A stretch of 64,000 bases of DNA from Escherichia phage vB_EcoP_DE5. The position numbers and the translations under genes were made by a program. The notes under the pieces were generated by a model. The model saw only the letters and a program-made list of their open reading frames with translations, had not been told where the DNA came from and did not search any database. Each line of letters starts with the position of its first letter. Within the stretch, counting starts at the first letter, position 1. Where the stretch lies: the sequence record MW741821.1; one strand, 5' to 3'. Positions 28,211 through 37,089 of the stretch are shown here, in pieces.

Positions 28211-30454
28211 ATGGCTAAGCAAAAATATAGTGAAGAGGTGTTGGACGAGTTACGTGTTGACCTTCAACGTCGTTTTAATTACGCTCAAGGTTACGTGGAC
28301 ATGGCTGTTAAGGGCTATGCTCGTGAAGCTTGGGAATATTTCTATGGTAACTTACCTGCACCAGTAACTGCTGGCAGCTCTAGTTGGGTAGATCGTACTG
28401 TTTGGGAATCTGTTAACGGTACATTGCAAGATATTATTAACGTATTCTGTTCTGGTGATGAAGCAGTTACTTTCGTAGCTGACAACCAACAGGATTCTGA
28501 TGCTGCTGATGTAGCAACTAAATTAGTTAACCAAATTCTTCTGCGTGATAATCCGGGATACAATATTATCTCTTCTGCTGCACAAGAATGTCTAGTTACT
28601 CGTAACTCTTTTATCAAGTATTATTGGGATGAACAAACTTCTACTCAAACTGAAGAAGCTGAAGGTGTACCACCGGAAGCATTGGCTGCATATGTTCAGG
28701 GATTAGAAGCTGGTGGACTCAAGAATCTGGAAGTCTTCACTGAAGAAAATGAAGACGGTACAGTAGATGTTAAAGTTACTTACGAACAAACTGTTAAACG
28801 TGTGAAAGTTGAATATGTTCCTTCAGAGCAAATCTTTGTTGACGAACATGCTACCTCTTTTGCAGATGCACAATACTTCTGTCATCGTGTACGTCGTTCT
28901 AAAGAAGATCTGGTTGCTATGGGCTTCCCTAAAGATGAGATTGAAGCATTCAACGACTGGACAGACACGATGGATACCACTCAATCTACAGTTGCTTGGT
29001 CTCGTACTGACTGGCGTCAGGACATTGATGCTGATATTGGTACAGATACCGAAGATATCGCTTCTATGGTTTGGGTTTATGAGCACTACATCCGTACTGG
29101 TGTTCTAGATAAGAATAAAGAGTCTAAACTCTATCAGGTTATTCAAGCTGGTGAGCATATCCTTCACACTGAAGAAGTAACTCACATTCCGTTTGTAACT
29201 TTTTGCCCGTATCCTATTCCGGGTTCCTTCTATGGTCAATCGGTCTATGACATTACGAAAGATATTCAAGATTTACGTACCGCGTTAGTTCGTGGTTATA
29301 TTGATAACGTCAACAATGCTAACTATGGTCGATACAAAGCCCTTGTTGGTGCATACGATCGTCGCTCTCTGCTTGATAACCGTCCCGGTGGAGTGGTTGA
29401 AATGGAACGTCAGGACGCTATTGACCTGTTCCCATACCATAACCTACCTCAAGGTATTGATGGCCTCCTAGGCATGTCTGAGGAGCTTAAAGAGACACGT
29501 ACAGGTGTAACCAAACTAGGCATGGGTATCAACCCTGATGTGTTTAAGAATGATAACGCTTATGCAACCGTAGGCTTGATGATGAATGCTGCACAGAACC
29601 GCCTCCGTATGGTATGTCGTAACATTGCTCACAATGGTATGGTTGAATTGATGCGTGGTATTTACAGCCTTATCAGAGAAAATGGTGAAGTTCCTATCGA
29701 GGTACAAACCCCTCGTGGTATGATTCAGGTAAACCCAAAACAATTACCAGCTCGTCACAACCTCCAAGTTGTTGTAGCTATCTCTCCTAATGAGAAAGCA
29801 GAACGTGCACAGAAACTGATTAGCTTGAAACAGCTGATTGCAGCAGATGCACAGTTAGCGCCTCTCTTTGGTTTGGAGCAAGATCGTTACATGACTGCAC
29901 AGATCTTTGAGTTGATGGGCATTAAGGACACACATAAATACCTTCTGCCTCTGGAACAGTATCAGCCTCCAGAACCTTCTCCGATGGAAATCCTCCAGCT
30001 CGAGATGACTAAAGCACAGGTTGAGAACGTACAGGCTTCTTCTCAGAAGATGATTGCTGATGCATTCGACCAACGTGAACGTACTACATTCGAACAGCAG
30101 AAAGCTGCGGATGAATTAAGTCTACGTCAGGAAGAGTTGCAATTCAAGCAAGAAAATGCAGCAGATGCAATGACTCTGGAAAACCGTAAAGAAGATAACA
30201 ATGCTACTCTGGAACAAGCTAAGCACAAGTTAGCTCTTATGCAACAGCAGGTCCGTCAGTATGAATCTGTACTGAAAGAATTGCAGATGGTTATGTCTCA
30301 TCAGGTAGACCAAGAGAAGATTGTTCAGCAAGCTCGTGTTCAGGACAAAACTTTGGAACTCCAAAAGAAAGAAGCTAATGTAACTAAGAAAGAGCAACAA
30401 GCTTCTCTCAAAGATTCACGGATTCCAGGCAAACGTCTTGGAAGTAAAAACTAA
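28211..30454 (+). CDS. portal protein (747 aa)
   Basis: Large ORF directly after TerL; C-terminal coiled-coil Gln/Glu/Lys-rich tail; positional inference. Confidence 0.6.
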   Translation: MAKQKYSEEVLDELRVDLQRRFNYAQGYVDMAVKGYAREAWEYFYGNLPAPVTAGSSSWVDRTVWESVNGTLQDIINVFCSGDEAVTFVADNQQDSDAADVATKLVNQILLRDNPGYNIISSAAQECLVTRNSFIKYYWDEQTSTQTEEAEGVPPEALAAYVQGLEAGGLKNLEVFTEENEDGTVDVKVTYEQTVKRVKVEYVPSEQIFVDEHATSFADAQYFCHRVRRSKEDLVAMGFPKDEIEAFNDWTDTMDTTQSTVAWSRTDWRQDIDADIGTDTEDIASMVWVYEHYIRTGVLDKNKESKLYQVIQAGEHILHTEEVTHIPFVTFCPYPIPGSFYGQSVYDITKDIQDLRTALVRGYIDNVNNANYGRYKALVGAYDRRSLLDNRPGGVVEMERQDAIDLFPYHNLPQGIDGLLGMSEELKETRTGVTKLGMGINPDVFKNDNAYATVGLMMNAAQNRLRMVCRNIAHNGMVELMRGIYSLIRENGEVPIEVQTPRGMIQVNPKQLPARHNLQVVVAISPNEKAERAQKLISLKQLIAADAQLAPLFGLEQDRYMTAQIFELMGIKDTHKYLLPLEQYQPPEPSPMEILQLEMTKAQVENVQASSQKMIADAFDQRERTTFEQQKAADELSLRQEELQFKQENAADAMTLENRKEDNNATLEQAKHKLALMQQQVRQYESVLKELQMVMSHQVDQEKIVQQARVQDKTLELQKKEANVTKKEQQASLKDSRIPGKRLGSKN

Positions 30455-30463
30455 GGACGTCGA

Positions 30464-30700
30464 ATGAACATTAGACATCAATTTAATAAAGAGCACGCCG
30501 CCGCTTTGGCGGCTCTCAACCTTAACGGCAGTCTTGACGCAGCATTAGAGGCATTGAAAGAAAGACTCATGACAGAGATAGTTCAAACAGAACCTCATGA
30601 GAATAAGAAACGCGAAGATTGTTATCAAAAGTATAAAATGGTTGGTAGCTTAAAAGAGGTCATAAAAGCTGCTATCAATAGTGCAGGAGATGTTTCATAA
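30464..30700 (+). CDS. hypothetical protein (78 aa)
   Basis: ORF between portal and scaffold genes. Confidence 0.4.
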   Translation: MNIRHQFNKEHAAALAALNLNGSLDAALEALKERLMTEIVQTEPHENKKREDCYQKYKMVGSLKEVIKAAINSAGDVS

Positions 30701-31785
30701 TGCCACAAGATAATTATATTGACCCGAACGATTTTAAATCTTTCCTCCAACTGGATGACCTGAAAGGTTCTTTCAAAGAAGAACTCGGTCGATTAGAATC
30801 TGAACAAGAACCAGAAGTGGACATTGACGATGAGTTCCCGGAAAAAGACGGTGACGATTTCGACTTTGATACCGACCTTCTCGGTGAAAGCGATGTGCTT
30901 AAGTTCGAAGATGAAGATGGTTGGGAAGATCATGATGAGGAAGGCGAAGTCGAAGAAGACGAGGACGACTCTGATGAAGGTGCTGAAGACACTGAAGTAG
31001 AAGAGGAAGACTCAAGCGATGCAGGATATGAAGATGATTCTGCTGACGGCGATGGTGAAGTCTTTGATGTAGACTACGAAACCGTTATCACCCTTCCTGA
31101 TGGACGTGAGATGACTATTGAAGAACTCTCCAATGGCTATCTTACTGGTGCTGATATGACAGAACGAGAAACTACTCTTCAGCGTCATATGGAAGCATTC
31201 GAGGAACGTGTAGTAGGTTTGAAGGATGTATTAGAACTAGCGTCTTTAGAAGCAGACCGAGTAATTGAAGATTATAACGGTTTTGATTGGGACAAGCTTG
31301 CAGTAGAAGATCCTCAAGCATATGTTGAAAACAAACGTTTCCTAGAGAAGTACACAGCTCGCCGTCAACAGCTTGAACAGGCTCAGGTCCGTATTAAGCA
31401 GGAAGCAGCAGCTAAAGAGCAGGAAGCTTTCCAAGCCAAGAGTATTGAATGTGTTAATATTCTGAAACGTGAGATTCCAAATTGGGATGAAAACTTATAT
31501 CAAAACTTAATGCAATACGCAATTGACTTAGGTGCTACTGAAGAAGAAGTATTGAAGGAAAACCGTCCGTCTATTTTCCTAGCTCTCCATAAAGCATACC
31601 AATTTGATAAAGGTAAGCAACAGGTGATGGCTAAGATTAAACGTCCCGGTGCTCCACGTAAGGTTGTGAAGTCTGATGCTGCAAAGTCTCGCACTTCCAA
31701 TAAGCCCGACAACGCTAAGGTTGCCAAGGCATTCGCAGAGGGTCGCGTTAGTCACGAAGACGCATTCAAATTCCTCGTAGATTAA
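30700..31785 (+). CDS. putative scaffolding protein (acidic, 361 aa)
   Basis: Highly acidic Asp/Glu-rich N-terminal half plus coiled-coil region; located between portal and capsid genes. Confidence 0.5.
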   Translation: MPQDNYIDPNDFKSFLQLDDLKGSFKEELGRLESEQEPEVDIDDEFPEKDGDDFDFDTDLLGESDVLKFEDEDGWEDHDEEGEVEEDEDDSDEGAEDTEVEEEDSSDAGYEDDSADGDGEVFDVDYETVITLPDGREMTIEELSNGYLTGADMTERETTLQRHMEAFEERVVGLKDVLELASLEADRVIEDYNGFDWDKLAVEDPQAYVENKRFLEKYTARRQQLEQAQVRIKQEAAAKEQEAFQAKSIECVNILKREIPNWDENLYQNLMQYAIDLGATEEEVLKENRPSIFLALHKAYQFDKGKQQVMAKIKRPGAPRKVVKSDAAKSRTSNKPDNAKVAKAFAEGRVSHEDAFKFLVD

Positions 31786-31825
31786 TCGACAAATTAATTA
31801 TTAATAGTATAGGAGCTAACATAAC

Positions 31826-32884
31826 ATGGCTAATCCAACTTTATTTGTATCGTATGACCAGAATGGTAAAAAACTTTCTTTTGCTAACTGGATTTCTGTT
31901 CTGTCCCCTCAGGATACCCCGTTCGTATCTATGACCGGTAAAGAGTCTATCAACCAGACTATCTTTAGCTGGCAGACCGATGCACTGGCAAGCGTTGACG
32001 GTAATAACGCACACGTCGAAGGCTCTCGTGCTGAAGACGGCGAAATGAAACCGACCGTTATCAAATCCAACGTTACTCAGATTCTGCGTAAGGTTGTTCG
32101 TGTTTCTGATACTGCTAACACCACCGCTAACTACGGTCGTGGTCGTGAACTGATGTATCAGCTGGAGAAGAAAGGTAAAGAGATCAAGCGTGACCTCGAG
32201 AAAATCCTTCTGTCCGGTCAGGCTCGTACCGACGTTCTGGCTGACCAGTATCTGACTAACTCTGCAACTGATCCTGCTGTTGTTGGTCTGAATGACACCC
32301 ATGCAGCTCGTAAGACTGGTGCATTCCAGTTCCTGTGTGCTCACGGTGGTCTGGCTGGTGGCGTTGTTGACAAGACCAAGAATGGTCCTGCTGACCCGGA
32401 CACTGGTGCAGTAACTGTTAAAGTTGCACAGAATGCTTCTAACCCGACCACTAACATTGGTTTCGACGAAGCTGATATCTTTGATATGACTCTGCAACTG
32501 TATACCGCTGGTTCTGAAGCAGATATCATCATGATTAACCCGGCTCATGCTAAGATCTTTGCTGGTCTGCAAGAAAATACTCAGGGTTCACGTAAGCGTA
32601 TCTTTGAGAACACCAAGCAGTTCATCTACGAAGTTAACAGCATCACTGACCCGCTGGGCCAGAGCTACAAAATCATCGTTAACCGTTGGATGCCTACCGA
32701 TGCAGTTTACTTCTTCCGTAGCGCTGACTGGACTCAGATGGTTCTGCGTGCTCCGAAACGTACTGAACTGGCTAAAGACGGTTCTTACGAGAAGTGGATG
32801 ATTGAAATGGAAGTTGGTCTGCGTCACCGCAACCCGTATGCTTCCGGCGTTCTGTTCACTGCTGCGGGAAAGGTGGTGGCGTAA
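31826..32884 (+). CDS. major capsid protein (352 aa)
   Basis: Position after scaffold; strong RBS; biased codon usage; followed in -1 frame by Ig-like ORF. Confidence 0.6.
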   Translation: MANPTLFVSYDQNGKKLSFANWISVLSPQDTPFVSMTGKESINQTIFSWQTDALASVDGNNAHVEGSRAEDGEMKPTVIKSNVTQILRKVVRVSDTANTTANYGRGRELMYQLEKKGKEIKRDLEKILLSGQARTDVLADQYLTNSATDPAVVGLNDTHAARKTGAFQFLCAHGGLAGGVVDKTKNGPADPDTGAVTVKVAQNASNPTTNIGFDEADIFDMTLQLYTAGSEADIIMINPAHAKIFAGLQENTQGSRKRIFENTKQFIYEVNSITDPLGQSYKIIVNRWMPTDAVYFFRSADWTQMVLRAPKRTELAKDGSYEKWMIEMEVGLRHRNPYASGVLFTAAGKVVA

Positions 32885-32895
32885 CAGTAGACAGT

Positions 32896-33408
32896 GTGAC
32901 TGTTAGCCCTGCGTCTTTAGCAAGTCTAGAGACAGGGGCTACTCGGCAGTTCACTGCAAGCGCGGAGAAAAGTGATGGTTCTACCGAAACAACTGGCTTT
33001 ACTTGGTCAGTGACAGGAGGTGGTTCTATCACTCAGTCGGGTTTGTATACTGCTCCGAGTGCGTCTCAATCCACTGATGTATCCATTACTGCAACTTTAG
33101 AAGGTGTTTCTGGTACAGCAACCATTTCTGAAATTGTTGCTCCTGCTCCTACTATTGTGAGTCGTGGGCCAATTACAGGTAAAGTAGGTGGTACTACCAC
33201 TAACTTCAACACCATGTTTACTGTAACTAATTCTATTGCTGATGATTACACACTTGTTGTAACTCCCGCAGAAGCTGGTACAATAAGCGCTAATAATTCG
33301 TTAAAATTAGATGCTGCTGCAAGTGGCGAAGTTACTGTTCAAGCAAGTTTGACAGCTGACCCATCCATCAATGCAACATGCACTTTTACTGGTGTAACAC
33401 CTGCTTAA
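32896..33408 (+). CDS. Ig-like (Big_2-type) domain ORF, probably expressed as a -1 frameshift extension of the capsid protein
   Basis: Ig-like pattern (TRQFTASAEKSDGSTETTGFTWSVTGGGSITQSGLYTAPSA). The -1 frame is open from 32806. Slippery heptamer G_GGA_AAG at 32866-32872 lies in the capsid frame. No good RBS for the GTG at 32896. Confidence 0.55.
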   Translation: MTVSPASLASLETGATRQFTASAEKSDGSTETTGFTWSVTGGGSITQSGLYTAPSASQSTDVSITATLEGVSGTATISEIVAPAPTIVSRGPITGKVGGTTTNFNTMFTVTNSIADDYTLVVTPAEAGTISANNSLKLDAAASGEVTVQASLTADPSINATCTFTGVTPA

Positions 33409-33415
33409 AACTAGA

Positions 33416-33439
33416 CCCTGCCTTCGGGCGGGGTTTTTT
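33416..33439 (+). terminator. intrinsic terminator
   Basis: CCCTGCC-TTCG-GGCGGGG hairpin followed by TTTTTT. Confidence 0.7.
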
Positions 33440-33458
33440 CGTTTTAAGACCTATACAA

Positions 33459-33467
33459 GCCAGTGTG
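33459..33467 (+). promoter_or_regulatory. TAATGTATA promoter-like motif (candidate phage-sigma promoter)
   Basis: Exact TAATGTATA 43 nt upstream of the 33510 start codon, just after a terminator. Confidence 0.5.
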
Positions 33468-33509
33468 TAATGTATATTCTTTGTCTACATATAACAAGGA
33501 GGACAACCT

Positions 33510-34262
33510 ATGGCAATGCCAGATGTTCAATACCCCATCAATACCTATGGGTGGCTAAAGAAGGCCGTGGCCCTCTGGGCAGATAGGGACGATGACGAAT
33601 TTGTTAATCAAATTCCAAACTTTATTAACTTTGCAGAGAAAGAGATTTATCGTAACTTACGTATCCCTCCTCTGGAAAAAGAAGTGTATTTAGATATTAA
33701 AGATGGAGTAGCTTACATTCCTCCTGATTACTTAGAAGCTCAATGGATGATGAGAGCCAAAGATGGTACAATCTTCCAAGTAACATCTCCTGAAGAGATT
33801 AGCTATCGTAGACAGCATGGAACAATTAACCCATCTCATTGGAATAACCAACCTGTTAATTTTGCTCGTTTCGGTAGTCGTTTCATTTTCTACCCTAGCA
33901 TTGAAGCAGATACTCCTGTTTATCCTGATGATGGAAGTCCTTTGATTCCAGCAGAAAACTCAGTAATTCTTAGCTATTATGCAGATCCACCGGAATTCCA
34001 TGAAGATACAGATACTAGTACTATTCTCACTATCGCACCAGAGCTTCTTCTGTATTTCACCCTACGTCATGCTTGTCTGTTTGTTCAAGATGATAATGGA
34101 GTTCAGAAATGGTCCGCATTAGGAAAAGCTATCCTTGATGAAATGGTAGAGCAGAATAAGAAACAAGAGTACTCAGGTTCACCTATCGCAATTCCGAATA
34201 ACATGACTCGACTTCAGAGCAGCTTGCCTGATATTTATGGTATTCGTACTTCTCGTGTATAA
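33510..34262 (+). CDS. virion structural protein (possible head-tail adaptor)
   Basis: First gene after capsid terminator and promoter motif; positional inference. Confidence 0.4.
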   Translation: MAMPDVQYPINTYGWLKKAVALWADRDDDEFVNQIPNFINFAEKEIYRNLRIPPLEKEVYLDIKDGVAYIPPDYLEAQWMMRAKDGTIFQVTSPEEISYRRQHGTINPSHWNNQPVNFARFGSRFIFYPSIEADTPVYPDDGSPLIPAENSVILSYYADPPEFHEDTDTSTILTIAPELLLYFTLRHACLFVQDDNGVQKWSALGKAILDEMVEQNKKQEYSGSPIAIPNNMTRLQSSLPDIYGIRTSRV

Positions 34263-34271
34263 GGAGATAAT

Positions 34272-37049
34272 ATGATCGTTTATAATAACCAAGCACCTGA
34301 TGCAGTGAATAACGTTGGGCAGTTTGGTGCTACTGAAGGCTCTATCGGAGCTTACAAGCAAGCGGCAGAATATGCAGCTGACTCTAAATATTGGGCACTG
34401 TTAGCAGAATCTAAGTTTGGTACAATTGATGATTTAATTGCTGAAGTAGAACGTCTGTATCAACAGGGTGTTCTGATGAAGCAAGACATTGAAGATCTTA
34501 AGCAGGACTTTAAAGATCAAGATGCTCGTCTGATGAGCTTGATTGCTCAGACTAATGCGGCAGTATCTGATGCAAATAACGCAGTCGCCCTGATTAACCA
34601 AAAACTCATTGAAGTCCAGAAGCAGCTTGATGTTCTGTTAGGAATGTCTGTTGATGTAACAACCCTCCCTCCGGGAACTCCGGCTACTGGTTCTTTTAAT
34701 CCTAACACTGGTGTAATCTCTTTAGGTATTCCAGAAGGTGATCCCGGAAAAGATGGTTCTGTTAAGGATTTGGATACAGCACCTACTGGTGTTCCAGAGC
34801 TAGGTGATTTAGGTTTCTATGTTGACAAAGATGACAACACCGTCCACAAAACTACTCTAGATAACATTGCTAACTTAATCCCATCTGTTCGTTCTGTATC
34901 TATTAACGGAGGTCCAGCTCTTGATGGAGAGGTTGCTCTAACACTTAACAAAGAGACGGTAGGTTTAGGAAATGTTCTGAACGTTGCTCAGTACAGTCGT
35001 CAAGAGATTAATGACAAATTTGACAAAACTACCAAGACATACCAATCAAAAGCAGAAGCTGATGCTGATGCTCAGTATCGTCAAGTAGGTGAGAAAGTTT
35101 TAGTTTGGGAAGCTACTAAGTATGAATTCTATACTGTTGCTGCTAACAAGACATTAACTCCTGTTAAAACTGAAGGTAGAATCCTTACTGTTAACTCTCG
35201 TTCTCCAGACTCAAGTGGTAACATTGATATCACGATTCCAACAGGAAACCCGTCTCTGTATCTTGGTGAGATGGTGATGTTCCCTTATGACCCAGCTAAG
35301 AATATCTCATATCCGGGGGTTCTCCCTGCTGATGGTCGTCTGGTATCAAAAGAGTCTGCTCTAGATTTAGGTCCATCACTTGTTAGTGGTCAGCTTCCTG
35401 TGGTCTCTGAAACAGAGTGGCAGGCTGGTGCTCGTCAGTATTTCTCTTGGGGTAAGTTAGCAGATGGAGTCACTGATGCAGATTCTACTAACTTTATAAG
35501 TATCCGACTCCCTGACTGGACTGGTGGTGAAGCTATCAGATCTCCTGATTCAGATAAGGATGCTAATTACAAGGGTCGTGTTCAATCTCAGATTCCTTAC
35601 ATTGTAACCGTAAACGGAAAAGCTCCTGATGATGCTAATGGTAACGTAGTTCTCACAGCTGCTAATGTTGGTGCAGCAGCGTCCGGAGCAAATTCAGATA
35701 TCACCTCACTCAGTGGACTAACTACTCCCTTATCTGTCACTCAGGGTGGTACAGGTGTTACTGATATAGGAGGTTTGCGTAGAGCGGCATTGGTTCAGGG
35801 TGTAGAATGTAATGACCAAACAGGACCAGATAGCTACAACAGTTTCCACTCCCCTAATACTCAATATGCATGGAAGATAACCAACTCTGGTGTGGCTCAA
35901 ACAATTAAAGTTTCCGATGGGTCTGCTGTTCCTATACCTATAGGTTCTGGGGGTACAGGGGCTACCTCTGCTTACGATGCTCGTATTTCTTTAGGTTTGG
36001 GCAGATTCCGGGAAGAGGGTGTGGAAACTAAAACCTACTCCCCTGATTTTGGAACGTACATATACATCAATGATACATCTTGGGGTTGCTATAACACGAC
36101 GAGAGGTACAGTACCTTTAGGAACTGTTCAAGGGGGTACTGGAGCAATAACAGAAGCTGGGGCTCGTGTTAATCTGAAAGTAGATAAACTTGTTCAGAGT
36201 TCAACTGACACTAAACTTTTAGATGGTTCAGGAGATCACACATTCTTTATAGCTGGGGATGATTGGGGGTATTTCAATAATTCAGATTCTTCCAGAATTG
36301 CCCTACCGGTAATAAGTGGTGGTACAGGAGGGAAGACTCCAGAAGAAGGCTGTGAAAAGTTAGCGGCAATGCATTATCAGCATAGTCAATCAACATACTA
36401 TGGTAGTGATGCTTTGCCGACCGGTATTGGGTTCTACAGTCAAGACACTTCACCATTCCCTGGCGGTAACGGAGGCCCTTACTCATATGCAGAAATAATG
36501 ACTATTGCTGAAGGTGGTCGTGGAGGTAACTGGTCTCAAATAGGTTTCTCTACTATTACGAACCAAGCCCCTCGTTATAGACAAAGGACTAGTGACCCTT
36601 CTTTAATCACAAACTGGCGTGACTTCTTAATAAGAGATTTGAACACTACCGTAGATGTTAATGGTTTTGTTAAGATTGCATCACCTATAGTCAAACTAAA
36701 ATCTGATGGTTCTTCTGAAGTTAATGACCAAGCCCAAGGAGTAACAACCGAAAGGCTAGATGTTGGTGTTTACAAGATATCTGGGACTTTAGGGTTTAAC
36801 TCGGATGCATCTTGGGGTGGTATCGAAGGTGGTTTTTCTATTCCACAAAACTCCAATGGTTTACCTCTTCTTTGGGTTGACTTTGAAGTTGATGAAGAAG
36901 GTGATATTACTCTGAAAACTTACCATCGGACTCATGAGGGAGTTCCTTCTTTTGCTAGTAATGTAATAGAGGGTGTGGCAGATGGGGAACCTATCGATAT
37001 CCCTGTTGGAAGATGGATTGATCTTCGTGTTGAAATGCCTTCTAAATGA
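34272..37049 (+). CDS. tail fiber protein with repeated GGTG(A)..A..AR.NLGL motifs
   Basis: Repeats SGGTGATSAYDARISLGLG, VQGGTGAITEAGARVNLKV, ISGGTGGKTPEEG resemble the phage tail-fiber repeat. Confidence 0.6.
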   Translation: MIVYNNQAPDAVNNVGQFGATEGSIGAYKQAAEYAADSKYWALLAESKFGTIDDLIAEVERLYQQGVLMKQDIEDLKQDFKDQDARLMSLIAQTNAAVSDANNAVALINQKLIEVQKQLDVLLGMSVDVTTLPPGTPATGSFNPNTGVISLGIPEGDPGKDGSVKDLDTAPTGVPELGDLGFYVDKDDNTVHKTTLDNIANLIPSVRSVSINGGPALDGEVALTLNKETVGLGNVLNVAQYSRQEINDKFDKTTKTYQSKAEADADAQYRQVGEKVLVWEATKYEFYTVAANKTLTPVKTEGRILTVNSRSPDSSGNIDITIPTGNPSLYLGEMVMFPYDPAKNISYPGVLPADGRLVSKESALDLGPSLVSGQLPVVSETEWQAGARQYFSWGKLADGVTDADSTNFISIRLPDWTGGEAIRSPDSDKDANYKGRVQSQIPYIVTVNGKAPDDANGNVVLTAANVGAAASGANSDITSLSGLTTPLSVTQGGTGVTDIGGLRRAALVQGVECNDQTGPDSYNSFHSPNTQYAWKITNSGVAQTIKVSDGSAVPIPIGSGGTGATSAYDARISLGLGRFREEGVETKTYSPDFGTYIYINDTSWGCYNTTRGTVPLGTVQGGTGAITEAGARVNLKVDKLVQSSTDTKLLDGSGDHTFFIAGDDWGYFNNSDSSRIALPVISGGTGGKTPEEGCEKLAAMHYQHSQSTYYGSDALPTGIGFYSQDTSPFPGGNGGPYSYAEIMTIAEGGRGGNWSQIGFSTITNQAPRYRQRTSDPSLITNWRDFLIRDLNTTVDVNGFVKIASPIVKLKSDGSSEVNDQAQGVTTERLDVGVYKISGTLGFNSDASWGGIEGGFSIPQNSNGLPLLWVDFEVDEEGDITLKTYHRTHEGVPSFASNVIEGVADGEPIDIPVGRWIDLRVEMPSK

Positions 37050-37089
37050 AACAAGAATGCTCCCTTCGGGGAGCTTTAAGGAGAAATAA

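Noticed and set aside
31801-31813. TTAATAGTATAGG resembling the promoter motif upstream of the capsid gene
   Set aside because: Contains an inserted base relative to TAATGTATA and overlaps the RBS 13 nt before the ATG.
31841-32572. 243-aa minus-strand ORF antisense to the major capsid gene, and similar antisense ORFs (for example 6297-6857, 6939-7358, 20279-20641, 27515-27883, 49673-50158, 36274-36486)
   Set aside because: Each lies entirely inside a longer, motif-supported gene on the opposite strand and has low-complexity or odd composition; treated as shadow ORFs.
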